A stretch of DNA of 64,000 nt, taken from Octopus bimaculoides (taxonomy: Eukaryota). The notes under the pieces are model-generated. The model was given only the letters and a program-made list of their open reading frames with translations, did not search any database and had not been told where the DNA came from. The stretch covers positions 24,473,695 to 24,537,694 of the forward strand of contig NC_068989.1 of assembly GCF_001194135.2 (NCBI RefSeq), given 5' to 3'. Positions 39,598 through 52,854 of this stretch are shown in pieces. The translations under genes were made by a program, and so were the position numbers. The number at the start of each line of letters is the position of its first letter. The stretch's first letter is position 1.

Positions 39598-39632
<35 letters not shown>

Positions 39633-39916
39633 GGAGAGAGAGAGGGAGAAGAGGAGAGTGAAGCAGATAGGAATTGAAAGAGAGCAAGTGAAAAGGAAAC
39701 TGCATGGAAGTAATGGAAAAGCAGAAAGGAAAGAAAGGAAGAGAAGCAAAGGAATGTGGAGAGGGAAGAAGAGAGTCAAAGAGAGTGAGAATAAGAGATG
39801 CAGGGATGGGGGAGGGGTAGAAGAGAGAAAGAAAGGAGGGAGAAAGAGTGAGAGAGAGAGAGACAGAGATAGACAGACAAATAGTAAGTGCGTTACAAGT
39901 GAGTTTCATTGACAAC

Positions 39917-40183
39917 CTTTAAAAACATTTGTTCCTCAGTGATATCCATGGTTTGAAACACACATTTGCTGGACTCCACTAAGACTTGGGCTTTATTGTG
40001 CAGACTCAATATTCTTGGAGTCCTGATATCCAGGCGAGACCGGCGCTTTAGCAGAGCCAATCGTGTCTGGTAGCGTTTGGTAAGAGCCGTCACACGCTGT
40101 CTCTCATCATTGCTTACTTCTATGCCGTTGATAGCTTCGAGATTTTTCAGGTAGAAAAGTAGCTGAATACGTAAATCAGAGGG
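39917..40183 (-). CDS. LRRC9: LRRC9 exon (PSDLRIQLLFYLKNLEAINGIEV...RTPRILSL...QMFLK); LRR cap
   Basis: catttcag| acceptor, AAG|gttgtc donor; 89 codons. Contains an LRR-cap motif and the conserved 'PRILS'. Confidence 0.92.
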
Positions 40184-41252
40184 CTGAAATGATGGTAAAG
40201 GAATCATGAGATGGTTTAGAAAGGAATAAAACTGAATATGTTGGCCCTGTATGGCTCACGTACATGTATGGGATTCCTTTTAGTGTGATAGTATGTGCAT
40301 GTGTGTGTGTTTATGTCTGTGTGTGTGTGTTTGAGTTTGTGTTTGTGTTTGTGTGTGCATGTGTGTGCGCATGTGTGTGTGTGTATGTATGTTGCATGTG
40401 TGTGTGCATGCATGTGTATATTACTAAATTGATATTCACTACTGACCATATCTCCACCCATGATTATAAATCACTGCAATCACCTCTGTTCCATCTTTAA
40501 TCATCTGTCACAGCAATCACCTCTGTTCCATCTTTAATCATCTGTCATTCAACTTTTGCATTCTCATGAACCGACACACTCACCCTACCTACTCCTCTGC
40601 TCCTATACTCCCTTATATTCACCTTCCGTACCTTGATGATAAGTCCTGACACCTCATCACTACTACCTTCTTTCCCTTTCACCTAGAGTAGCCGTTTATT
40701 TCCTCTATAGCAAGACACTGGTTCCTATCCCTCAATCAGGATTTTTAACCTCTCAATATCGAGCACAAAACCACCACCCACAGCACCACTTGTTTATGAC
40801 AACCCATCAAAGGTGACGACAGCATTGATTCAAGACATTCCTCCTCCTCCTCTGCCTCCAGCACATTGCTTCTCATGGGAGAAGACATGGCTGACAGGAC
40901 CGATATGAGATAGGCAGATCCTGTGGCATTGGGGGCACTGAAAATGACCCTGAACAACAGCTGCAGGGGGTTGATGTAAAGGTTAAATGCTAAAGTGTAA
41001 ATCAAGGACTTAACATGTTATCTAGTCTGCATTCAGTTTCAAAACGCTCTACTCCAGCATCACACACTGACCTCCATGCCTTCCAATTATCAGCCTGGTG
41101 CGCCACTCCCACTCAATCAAACAAACAAACATTGTACAAACAGTCGCACCTTCATATTTGTTTTGTTGGTTGGTTATGGGTGACAGGAGGGATGGATGTG
41201 GTGCATAGATAATGTAATTTTAAAAAAATGAAGAATTATATTTCATATATAC

Positions 41253-41384
41253 CTCATGCCAATGGTTGTAAGAGACATTCAGTTTGTGGAGATTAATGGC
41301 ATTCTGCTTCAGAACATTGAGAGAATAACTGAAATCTATCAGGCAATTCCAGCTTAAATCAAAATATTCCAAATTTGGTAGATT
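41253..41384 (-). CDS. LRRC9: LRRC9 exon (NLPNLEYFDLSWNCLIDFSYSLNVLKQNAINLHKLNVSYNHWHE)
   Basis: ctttcag| acceptor, GAG|gtatat donor; phase 0 to 0. Matches recalled 'LKHLDLSWNQL...LDIQHNPW'. Confidence 0.92.
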
Positions 41385-41477
41385 CTGAAAGACAGATGAT
41401 ATTTGTCATATTTGTCAGAGTAAGCATATATACAAATATATATATAATGTGTGTGTGTGCATGTTTGTACGTGTGTA

Positions 41478-41513
<36 letters not shown>

Positions 41514-41523
41514 TATATATATA

Positions 41524-42716
41524 CAGGGGTTGGACAAAATAATGGAAACACTTAGCATCATAATTTTGAAATATTTATAAAACCGTCAAAAGCTTGTTTA
41601 TTTTTATGTTTTTTGATTTATTATCAGTGTTGCTTAATATGTTTTGCTAAAATTGCTGTTTCTTTTCAGATATCATCAGAAAAAGGTAATTAAAATTCAT
41701 TAAAATCACAGATCTATCGGACTTCCAAAGAGGTCAAATTGTTGGTGCTCGTATGGCAGGCACTAACATAATGAAAACAGCTGAAATGTTTGGTGTATCA
41801 AGAAGTACTGTCTAGAAAGTAATGACAGCTTTGAGAAAGAGGGAAAAACTTCCTTGTCGAAACAAAACTCCGGAAGAAAACCCAAACTTTCAGATAGGGA
41901 CTGTCGGACTCTTATGCGAATTGTTAGAAAGGGTCACAAAAGTACAACTCCCAAAATTTCTGCAGAGCCTAATGACCACCTCGGGAACCCAGTTTCCACA
42001 AAACTGTTTGCCGGGAGCTTCACAAAGCCAGATTTCACGGGAGGGCTGCAATCAGAAAACCACTACTTTCAAGACAAACGTTGCAAAGTGTTTAGAGTGG
42101 AGTAAAAACCTACAGAATTGGTCCCTAAAGCTGTGGAAGAATGTTATTTTCTCAGATGAGTCATCCTTTACCTTATTTCTGACCACCAGCCAAAAGAAAC
42201 ATTTGACCCTGACTGCCTTCTTCCAACTGTTAAACATGGAAAAGGATCTGTGATGATCGGAGGGGGGGGGNNNNNNNNNNNNNNNNNNNNNNNNNNNNNN
42301 NNNNNNNNNNNNNNNNNNNNNNNNNNNNNNNNNNNNNNNNNNNNNNNNNNNNNNNNNNNNNNNNNNNNNNNNNNNNNNNNNNNNNNNNNNNNNNNNNNNN
42401 NNNNNNNNNNNNNNNNNNNNNNNNNNNNNNNNNNNNNNNNNNNNNNNNNNCCTAGATCTCAGTATTATTGAACATTTATAGTGCATTTTAGAAAAACAAG
42501 TAAGGAGTTGATATCCTCCACCATCATCACTACAAGAACTGGAGACTGTTTTAGCTGAAGAATGGGCAAAAATTCCTTTGAAAACAATTCAAAGTTTGTA
42601 TGATTCCATACCTCATAGAATTCAAGATGTAATTACTGCCAAAGGCAGTCCTACCCCATATTAAAATAAATTTGTTTTAAATTTTAAGATGTTTCCATTA
42701 TTTTGTCCAACCTCTG
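41524..42716 (+). mobile_element. Decayed Tc1-family transposon (contains gap 42271-42450)
   Basis: TIRs CAGGGGTTGGACAAAATAATGGAAAC with TA on both sides. Transposase remnants 'DFQRGQIVGARMAG', 'GRKPKLSDRD.RTLMRIV', 'VIFSDESSF' and 'PDL..IEHL'. Confidence 0.92.
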
Positions 42717-42730
42717 TATATACATATACA

Positions 42731-42836
<106 letters not shown>

Positions 42837-43410
42837 AATAAGGATTCAGATAGTATCAGGTAATTAAAAAGATATGTACCAAGTAAGGTTGGATAAACCT
42901 GTGGTTCCAGCCTATGGTTGGTAAGTATCAAATAGGATATTCCCAGTCCGGGTATTGAACTTACTACCTCATGATTGTGAGCCCAATGCTCTAACTAATG
43001 AGCCATGCGACACATTTTTTTAATTGATATTTAGTTGAAGCAACAGAGTAACTCAAGGGCTGAGAGTTTTGTGTGTTAGCACTTATTAAACTAGTTAACT
43101 GCTTATGCATGAAACACTTGGCCTTCAGTCACACATCTGCTAAATATTACACACACACACACATGACAGGCTTCTTTCAGTTCATATCCATTCACAAGGC
43201 TTTGGTCAGCCTGAAGCTATAGTAGAAGACACTTGCCCAAGGTGCCACACAGTGGGAGTGAACCCAGAACCACATGGTTGGGAAGCAAACTTCTTACCAC
43301 ACAACCATGTCTGTGCTTATATACCATTCATTCATTTATTTGTACATACGTATGTGCGTACATACATACATACATACATACATGTATACATACATACCTA
43401 CATGTATACA

Positions 43411-43443
<33 letters not shown>

Positions 43444-43652
43444 TAGTGATGATGGTGGTGATGTTAAACCAAATATAATCTGACAAATAATATACGACAT
43501 GAATTATTCATTTAGATAATAACATGTTCTCATCATTAATTGTTAATTTTAAATAAAATTTCTTGTTTTACTACATCAACTATGTTAGCATCTATTTTAC
43601 TATTTTAATAGACAGTATACTTAATATATATATTAATAGACAATATACTTAA

Positions 43653-43709
43653 CTTCAGTCCTTCCAGAGTTGAGATCTTATTGAAACTGACATCTACATA
43701 TTCCAAAGA
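43653..43709 (-). CDS. LRRC9: LRRC9 exon (SLEYVDVSFNKISTLEGLK); one LRR, non-canonical donor
   Basis: tgtttcag| acceptor; clear LRR matching recalled 'NLEYLDASHNHVITLEGFR'. The in-frame donor reads AAG|ttaagt (TT, not GT). Confidence 0.75.
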
Positions 43710-43758
43710 CTGAAACAGATTTCAATGGTAAATATATGAGTAAAGCTTTACCGTATTC

Positions 43759-44153
43759 CTGTTGTTGTTGTTGTTGGCACTCCGTCGCTTACGACGTCGA
43801 GGGTTCCAGCTGATCCGATCAACGGAACAGCCTGCTCGTGAAATTAACATGCAAGTGGCTGAGCACTCCACAGACACGTGTACCCTTAACGTAGTTCTCA
43901 GGGATATTCAGCCTGACACAGTGTGACAAGGCTGACCCTTTAAATTACAGGCACAACAGAAACAGGAAGTAAGAGTGAGATAAAGTTGTGGTGAAAGAGT
44001 ACAGCAGGGTTCGCCACCATCCCCTGCCGGAGCCTCGTGGAGCTTTCGGTGTTTTCGCTCAATAAACACTCACAATGCCCGGTCTGGGAATCGAAACTGT
44101 GATCCTATGACCACGAGTCCGCTGCCCTAACCACTGGGCCATTGCACCTCCAC
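43759..44153 (-). mobile_element. tRNA-derived SINE (same family, copy 2)
   Basis: Full-length match to 12321-12702; (CAA)n tail; ACCGTATT on both flanks. Confidence 0.88.
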
Positions 44154-44857
44154 AACCGTATTGCAGATAACACTGTATTGCAGATAACAATAATACCATG
44201 ATACTGTTCACTCCATTGCAAGTATTTATACACTCTCAGTTACTCTCACATGTATATTCTTACTACAGGCATTGACCTGCAGTTGTTCAGGTTTGATATT
44301 AGCTGCATCAATTGCCCTAGTGTGGAAGTGTCTTGAAAGGTCATGGGCAATGATTAACTTATAAAGAAAATAACAAGTAAAAGTCCCATGTAAATAATAT
44401 AGGGAAGAGTCTCACATATGTAATATAGGGCAGAGGTTTCCTATATACAGTAAAGGGTAGGGGTCTCAAAAATGTAATAAGGGTAGAGGCTTCATATATG
44501 TAATATATTGAATGAGTGTCTTATAAACGTAATGTAGATTAGGGTCTCATATATGTAAAATTGAAAAATCTTTATTACTTGAGATTGTTCATAGAATGAT
44601 CATCATCAACATTTTAATGTCCACTTATCCATGCTTGCATGGGTCAGATGGAATTCTTTGAGGCAAATTTTTTACAGCTGGATGCTCTTCCTATCACCAA
44701 CCCTCATCTGTTTCCAAGAAAGGTAATATTCCCCCAAGGTTTAACATGTTTTTCACAGAAGATTGGACACAGACAAACCTTTGTGTGATGGTGATGTTCA
44801 TTCACAATCATCATGTGGTGACGGGACATGGATACACACACACACACACATACACAC

Positions 44858-45240
44858 TGGTTGGCACTCCAACGGTTACGATGATGAGGGTTCCAGTTGA
44901 TCCGATCAAAGGAGTAGCCTGCTTGTGAAATTAACGTGCAAGTGGCTGAGCACTCCACAGGCACGTGTACCCTTAACGTAGTTCTCGGGGATATTCAGCG
45001 TGACACAGAGTGACAAAGCTGGCCCTTTGAAATACAGGTACAACAGAAACAGGAAGTAAGAGTGAGAGAAAGTTGTGGTGAAAGAGTACAGCAGTGTTCA
45101 CCACCATCCCCTGCCGGAGCCATGTGTAACTTAAGGTGTTTTCGCTCAATAAACACTCACAACACTCGGTCTGGGAATCGAAACCGTGATCCTACGACCG
45201 CGAGTCCGCTGCCCTAACCACTGGGCCATTGCGCCTCCAC
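44858..45240 (-). mobile_element. tRNA-derived SINE (same family, copy 3)
   Basis: Full-length match; inserted in a (CA)n tract 85 nt from an LRRC9 donor. Confidence 0.88.
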
Positions 45241-45324
45241 CACACACACACTAGTAAATAATAGTAGAACAATTGCAGGAGTATAAGACAAAATAAAAAA
45301 AAAACAACTGTTTATGTTACTCAC

Positions 45325-45511
45325 TGGATAAACCAAATCAAGGCTGGTGAAGTTGTTAAAACTGGCTTCAAGTTTAACCAACGAAGGAAGAAGCTTTGCA
45401 ATATTAAGTTTATTGAGGTTCTGACGACTCAGGTTGAGGTGAGTGATTGTGGAAGATAAATTTTGGTCAGATAGCAAGCTGGATTCAATGTTGCCATCAG
45501 TGTAGCTTTTA
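45325..45511 (-). CDS. LRRC9: LRRC9 exon (KSYTDGNIESSLLSDQNLSSTITHLNLSRQNLNKLNIAKLLPSLVKLEASFNNFTSLDLVYP); first LRRs
   Basis: aaacag| acceptor, CCA|gtgagt donor; phase 2 to 0; LxxLxLxxN motifs. Confidence 0.9.
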
Positions 45512-48032
45512 CTGTTTCAAGAGAATAGAGGTAAGAAACAATATATTGTAGAAATAATCATTGAAACATTGAATGTGGTCACAGCTTGGTTAAGTGTGTA
45601 GATATTTGTATATTTGTTTAGGTTAAGTGCAATTTCCCCATATAAAATCAAGTCTCAATAGTTAGTTGCCAATGAATCACATTTATTTACTTAACAACAT
45701 TACAAAAGTTAATTGCTGAAAGCTGTTATGCTGAATACCATTTTTCTGTATGTTTATTTGGCTAGAGGTGAGAATGTATGCTGGTAAGTGAGATTAACAT
45801 ATCTTTATGCTGAGCAAAAAGTGAGAATGTTTTGTGCTTGTGGTAGACAAAGCGATTCTTTGTAACCTGGGGTCAAGTGGTGTGGCTGACCAAAAATCCT
45901 ATGGGTAACATCTACGTACATCTGTCTTCTATCGAACCTCTGTGCTATTTGTCTTGTGTGTCTACATTTATGATCATATTTGAGCAGGAAACTGTGTGGG
46001 AATTTCCATTCATATCATGCAATCATATGAATACACCTGAAACATGATTGCTTAAAATATCAGGGTTTAAGTACTGCTACTTGGCAAACACAATAGTCTT
46101 AATTCAAGCAAGACAATATACCCATCACACATACACACACACACACACACCTGTGAAAGTGCATGGAGTAGTTTGCATGTTGGGCTCATGATCATTAGGC
46201 TGTGGGTTCAATTCTCTAACAGGGTGGCATATTGTGTTCTTGAGCAAGACTTTTAATTTCATGTTGCTTTAATTCACTTAGCTGAAAATGAATAACAGTA
46301 ATGGCTGGGAGTAGGGTTTAATCTTACAACAGATAGGTGCCCTATTCATGGAGGAGCTGCTTAAACACTATGAAAACCAAGGTAAGTACTGACTTAATGA
46401 GCATACTGGCTTGAGAGAGAATTTGGACTTTTAAATATGCACATACTGAAATGATGTAAGCATTGAATGATGCTTAAGACAATTGAACAAAGGAAAAAGA
46501 TATAAAAACAAAGATAAAAAAAAATAAAGACAATATTTTTTTTCATATTAAGTAGATGAACTAGAATCACATTTAAAACTAGAAATAGGTAATGCAATGA
46601 TGGTTGGAGCGGGGAGGGAATCAGATCTTTAGCAGATATAGGGGACTGCCTCCAACATATTCTAAATCTTATTAGACCACCTCAGTGAACCCTAATTACT
46701 TTTATACATGTTAAATAATGGCAAGTGTGGAGTAATAAAGCCCCCTCTAACTTAACCACTCTCCCACTTTGATTTTTCTGTCATCATGCATTTTGGGATA
46801 TTTCCTTGAGGATTTGTTTCCTTCTCATCTTGTGTCTCCTCCCTGTGTTACTCCAAATAAGAACTGACATTGTATCTGATGAACCCTCCAAACCTTGCAG
46901 GGATGACAAGCAGACCAGCCTATCCCATCACTTGGTCCAACCACTCAACCTACCCCATCACCATTACCATTTTGTCTCTCCTCTCTTTCACAATACTCTT
47001 CCCATTCCCTTCTCCCCTGTTTCCTCCATTTCTTAATGTAACTCAACACTGCTGTTATTCTTACCACCACCATACTCTCAGAACACTATAGGAATTCTCT
47101 TTCACCTTTTGAGCTACAAGGTGATCCCGCAAGTGCTGGCGCCACAAAATAGTACCCAGTACACTCTACAAGTGGTTGGTAAATTTAATTGAGCTGAGAC
47201 AATGCAGAGTTTGACAGGGCTCATAGTCTTGCCGATAACAAGGCAACCTCTAATGTATACAGGGTACACTCTGAAAAGGAGATAAAATTAGGAGGGGTAT
47301 TCAGCCATAGAAATCATGTCAGAACACAGACACTGGAGCAAGATGTCTTCTTTAGTATCTGTTGGATCTTGTTAAACCATCAAACCCATACCAGCATGGA
47401 AAACATATATGATGATGTTGATGATGATAGTGTTCTTCCAGTCACTTTTATACAGAGATGGACTTCTTCAAACATGTTGTTAATGTTGTTGTTGTTATTA
47501 TTATTATTCAAATTCTGCCAAGGTCATCGTTGTCTTTTATCCTTTCTGGGTTAATAAAATAACTACCAGTTGAGCACTGGGGTTGGGCAGCAGCAAGATG
47601 GTAGAACCATTAGCATGCTGGACAAAATGCTTAGCGGCATTTCACCCACTGTTACGTTCTGAGTTCAAATTCTGCGAGGGTTGACTTTGCCTTTCATTCT
47701 GTCAGGGCCAATGAATTAAGTAACAGTGAAACACTGGGGTCAATGTAATCGACTAGCCCACTCCCCAAAATTTCAGGCCTTGTGCTTCTAGGAGAAAGGA
47801 CGATTACTATTATTAGTATTAGTAGTAAGTGAGCTGGCAGAATCATTAGCACTGGACAAAATGCTGAGCCATTTCTTCTGACTTCATGTTCTGAGTTCAA
47901 ATTCTACTGAAATTGACTTTGCCTTTCATCCTTTTGGGATTGAGAAAATAAGTAGTAGTCAAGTACTAGAGTCAATGTAACTGACTTTCCCCTCATCTCG
48001 AAAACTGCTGGCTTGGTGCCAAAATTTGAAAC

Positions 48033-48098
<66 letters not shown>

Positions 48099-48747
48099 CA
48101 TCACTACTACAACTGCTGCTGCTCCACTGTTGTTGATGCTTGTCAACAGCGTGCATTTATTGCGCACAAATTAGAAGCTGATTTTTTTTCTCAGATTACT
48201 TGAGGATGAACAATTTTTTTTTTTATTATTACTGTTTTTTTAACAAAGGGGTTCAATATATTTAAATAATCACCACCATAATATTAGTTAAGAAGAAGGT
48301 TCATCTTTAAATGTTTTTATTCAGCACATACATTTCTGCAAGCATCCACATGACTTTGTTTATTTGTGATTCAATTGGGTCACTACTGTAGTAGCAGGAG
48401 GAAGTGAAGCCACAATGATGGTACCAATGAATATGCCCCACTCCACAACTTCTGCTCATTCAAAAAACAGAAGTATGATAATTTTGTCCTTGCCTTTTAT
48501 TTTGTAAATCTCTCAAGCTAATGCAGTTTATTGAGGCAGATATTCTATAGTTAGATACCTTTGCTATTGTCAACCCTCACCTGCACCAAAGCAAGGTAAC
48601 ATTTCTTCATGGTTAGGTATGTTTTTTTTAAAGAGTATTGAAAATGAATGACACTGCTTGTATGACAGTGAAATTCATTTACATATATCACACAAAATCA
48701 GAGACGGAAACACACACATAGATATATATATATAGAAAGGGAGAGAT

Positions 48748-48798
<51 letters not shown>

Positions 48799-49455
48799 TG
48801 ATGGGCCTCTTTCAGTTTCCATCCACCAAATTAAATCACAAGGCTTTGGTTAGCCTGAGCTATAACAGGTAACACTTACCCAAGGTGCTATGCAGAGAAA
48901 CTGAACCCAAAACTACATGGTTGTGAAGCAAATGTCTCAACTGCACAGCCACGCTTATGCCTATAGAAGGCTATGTGAAACTCAGACCACTAACACTGGA
49001 TGGTGTACTCTTTGAGATTTATTACTACATGCCAAACTTGTTCTCTTTTGTCATAACGGCTGACCCACAAAGCCAAGTGAAATTGTAGCTGTGACCAATG
49101 TCAGAGTCGTACATCTGGTATCCATGCCAGTGGCATGTAAAAAGCACTCTTTGAAATTTGGGCCCCATGGCCTATCAAGCCAAGTGAGATTGTAGTCATG
49201 GCTGATGCCAGTGTTTCATAACTGGCACCTGTGCTGGTGGCATGTAAAAAGCACCCACTACACTTTTGGAGTGGTTGGCATTAGGAAGGGCATCCAGCTG
49301 TAGAAACCATGCCAAATCAAACTGAAACCTGGTGCAGCTCTCCAGCTTACCAATTTTCAGTCAAACTGTCCAACCCACGCCAGCATGGAAAACAGACATT
49401 AAATGATGGTGATGATGATGATGATGATGATATTTACATACTTATTCATGCTTAC

Positions 49456-49616
49456 TTGTATGTTTCATAGACTTCTTCTGTGAGATTCTTTATCATTTCT
49501 TGGATATAAGTATTCTCGTTTAAAGATATCCACTGTGACAAGAATTTCCTCTCCACCTCCTCACTAACATCCTGATATGGTTCCTTTAGTTGTAAAAATG
49601 GGTTCATAATTTCATC
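49456..49616 (-). CDS. LRRC9: LRRC9 exon (DEIMNPFLQLKEPYQDVSEEVERKFLSQWISLNENTYIQEMIKNLTEEVYETY)
   Basis: ggtttcag| acceptor, AA|gtaagc donor; phase 0 to 2; 161-nt open frame that bridges the flanking exons. Sequence similarity is weak. Confidence 0.8.
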
Positions 49617-50819
49617 CTGAAACCATAACAAACAGAATAGAAATTAGAACATAGCTGGTTGATGTATAATTTGATTATATGAAATAAACACACATTTCTT
49701 TACCTTTCATCTGTTCAGGGTCAGTAAAATAAGTAACAGTTGAGTACTGGGGTCAATGTAATTGACTACCACCTCCTCCAAAAAGGCAGGCCTTGTGCTA
49801 AGATTTAAAATCAATGTGAATATAGTCTGTAAGCTGGCAGAAACTTTAGCATGCTGAACAAAATGCCTTGTGGCATTTCTTCCATGTTTACAATCTGAGT
49901 TCAAATTCTACTGAGGTCGATTTTGCCTTTCATACTCTTGGAGTCAATAAGTACTAGTTGATGTAATCAACTAGCCTCCCCTGCTCCCTCACCAAATTCA
50001 GGCCTTGTGCTTATAGTAGAAAGGATAGTACATACTTAATACATTACTCTAAAGCATGAATATATTCTTTTCTACACTAGGCACAAGATTTGAAATTTTT
50101 GGAGAGGGAGCCAGTCAATTAGATTGACCCCAGTATATAACTGGTACTTAATTTATTGACTCCAAAAGGATGATAGGCAAAGTCGACCTCGGTGGAATTT
50201 GAACTCAGAATGTAAAGACAAATGAAATACCACAAAGCATTTTGCTGGGCATGCTAACGATTCTGCCAGCTTGCTGTCTTAAAGCATAAATATATTGAGG
50301 CCTAACAGCTGATTATTAGTATTACTTTCTCAAAGTGAAATCATTAAATATAATTTTATTTATAATAATGAGCACTTGGGTCAACCATCCAGGAGAAGAA
50401 AACTGCAAATACCAAACAAATTGAATAAAGCATGTTACTATCGGATCAGGAAATAAAAGTCAGTTTCAGTTTATGATATTATTCTTCTGTAGTCAATGTT
50501 TGTCCTGTGTAAGACATTAAACTGCTTCTAGAAGTGATGCTCCAGCTGAAGAGTTCAGGAGTTTGGGAGACCATGGGGTTACCCACTAGTCACTACTACT
50601 CCCAGGTCTGCTCTTGCCTGGAGTGGTGGTTTCTGTCAAGGGCCCAGTTTAGGGTCAAATAAAAGATGGTACTGACACTAATGCATGCAGCACTTAGAGG
50701 ATGGTTGACCTCTGGACATGTGCCGCACAGGCCTACTAGAGTGTGGACATGCCCTGATATCACATAGATCAATCCTTGCTTCCACCTAAGGATTAAACAG
50801 GCTCTGTGTCCTAAGGGTA

Positions 50820-50976
50820 AGCTTGGGAGAGTAGAAAATTAGGTGAGTAAACTATCTAAAGTGGTAGAAGGCAGAAAACCACTGTTGTATTTTTTCCAAG
50901 GAAAATCCCTTAATTTCCAGGCTTTGGCAGTGGGGTCCATGATCATCAGCTTCTGTAAATCAGTTGTGGTGTATGA

Positions 50977-51035
<59 letters not shown>

Positions 51036-51130
51036 CAATGCTTTCATCTTCTTTCCCACAGATTCTATATTTGCTCTCTGACTGAGTTTTATCCATCCTT
51101 GCCTTTATGAAATTCATTCAAATAGCTCGT
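50820..51130 (-). mobile_element. Fragment of a non-LTR element C-terminus (R4/Dong-like Zn-finger region)
   Basis: 'IKARMDKTQSESKYRICGKEDESID' resembles the 'IKA.ID......CR.C....ET..H' motif; interrupted by (GA)n. Confidence 0.4.
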
Positions 51131-51772
51131 TCCTGAACAGCAATAATTAGTATTTTACTTTTTCATTTCGGGTTTCCAATTCTCAACCACAACTAATGTT
51201 CTTTACTCCCAACATTCTCAGTTGGTTGCATGAATTGGTTATGTAATTCCTTCTCTTTCCAGTTACTTGTCCTGTTGTTTTTCTACTTGTTCCTTTAATA
51301 GAAATGCTTATCATTATTATTATTATTAGTAATAGTAGTATTTAGTCTCAGGTTAGCTCTGAGTGAGCGAACCTATGAAGAAATGCTTAAAAGCTGTGAT
51401 CACCAGTCTTTGAATACATGAACTATCATCATATGTGTCCTTCCTTTTTTAAGATGGTGGTGAGTGATCTGAAGGAATTTGGCTGCTATTTCAACCACAT
51501 CAAGTTACCACACAGAAGCCCTTTCACTGGCTAAAACTAAACTCAGGGTAGTCAAGAAGAGTATGATAATTGTGTATATGCTCTGCAAAGCAGTTGGCAC
51601 GAGAAAGGGTATCTGTCGCAGAAACCATGCCAAGGCAGACATTATAGCTTGGTGCAGTCCTCTGGTTTGTTGGTTCCTGTCAAACTGTTCAACCCATGTC
51701 AGCATGAAAAACAAATGTTAAATGATGGTGATGATAGTTATGGTGGTGGTGGTGGTGGTGGTGGCAATGGCA

Positions 51773-52156
51773 GTGGAGGCGCAATGGCCCAGTGGTTAGG
51801 GCAGCGGACTCGCGGTCATAGGATTGCGGTTTCAATTCCCAGACCAGGCGTTGTGAGTGTTTATTGAGCGAAAACACCTAAAGCTCCACGAGGCTCCAGC
51901 AGGGGATGGTGGCGAACCCTGCTGTACTCTTCCACCACAACTTTCTCTCACTCTTACTTCCTGTTTCTGTTGTGCCTGTATTTCAAAGGGTCAGCCTTGT
52001 CACACTGTGTCACGCTGAATATCCTCGAGAACTACGCTAAGGGTACACGTGTCTGTGGAGTGCTCAGCCACTTGCACGTTAATTTCACGAGCAGGCTGTT
52101 CTGTTGATCGGATCAACTGGAACCCTCAATGTCGTAAGCGACGGAGTGTCAACAAC
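51773..52156 (+). mobile_element. tRNA-derived SINE (same family, copy 4, opposite orientation)
   Basis: Reverse complement of copies 1-3; 12-bp TSD GTGGCAATGGCA. Confidence 0.9.
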
Positions 52157-52250
52157 GTGGCAATGGCAATGACAAAGATAACTGTAAGAATTACGCTGGC
52201 AACAACTGAAACCAAAAGAGAATAAAAATTAAAAAAAAAAAAAAACTTAC

Positions 52251-52375
52251 AGTTAAGTTGTATTTGAATTTTACAACATATTCAGGAACAATGAGACCAG
52301 GATTGTAAATGTGCCACTCTCTCTGATTCTGAAGACATCTGCAGGCAGGATGGTCATTGACAGAGTATAAAAAAC
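52251..52375 (-). CDS. LRRC9: LRRC9 exon (FLYSVNDHPACRCLQNQREWHIYNPGLIVPEYVVKFKYNLT)
   Basis: tgtttcag| acceptor, |gtaagt donor; phase 1 to 0. Matches recalled 'CDC..RQ.KWFVFD.DLVLPEYVVEFEY'. Confidence 0.93.
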
Positions 52376-52854
52376 CTGAAACAATACAATGTCGAGAAAT
52401 AGATTACAATATTATTCTACTTCATGAGGCAGCAAACTGGTAGAATTGTTTGCATGCTGGGCAAAATGATGAGCAACATTTTGTCTGCCTTTAAATTCTG
52501 AGTCCAAATTCTGCTGAGGTTGACTTTGTCTTTATCCTTTCTGGGTCAATAAAATAAATACCAATTGAGCACTTGGATCAATGTAACTGACTTAACCCCA
52601 CCCTCTGAAGTGCTGGCCTTGTGTCAAAATTTGAAATTGATATTATACTACATCATTAAGGTGGCAAGTGACAAGCTAGCTGAATTGTTACCGTGCCAGA
52701 CAAAATGCTTAGTGGCATTTCCAACTTCAAATTCTGAGTTCAAATGCTGCTGGGGTTGGCGTTTCCTTTCATCCTTTTGAGGCCGATAAAATAAGTGTAG
52801 TGAGTCAAGGAAGTGCTATTTTGTTGTTGCCAATTAACATCTGCTATAGAGAGG

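Noticed and set aside
4442-42486. Long ORFs in the track containing X runs or YI/CV/HT/poly-V/poly-I/poly-N repeats
   Set aside because: Artefacts of N-gaps and microsatellites, not genes.
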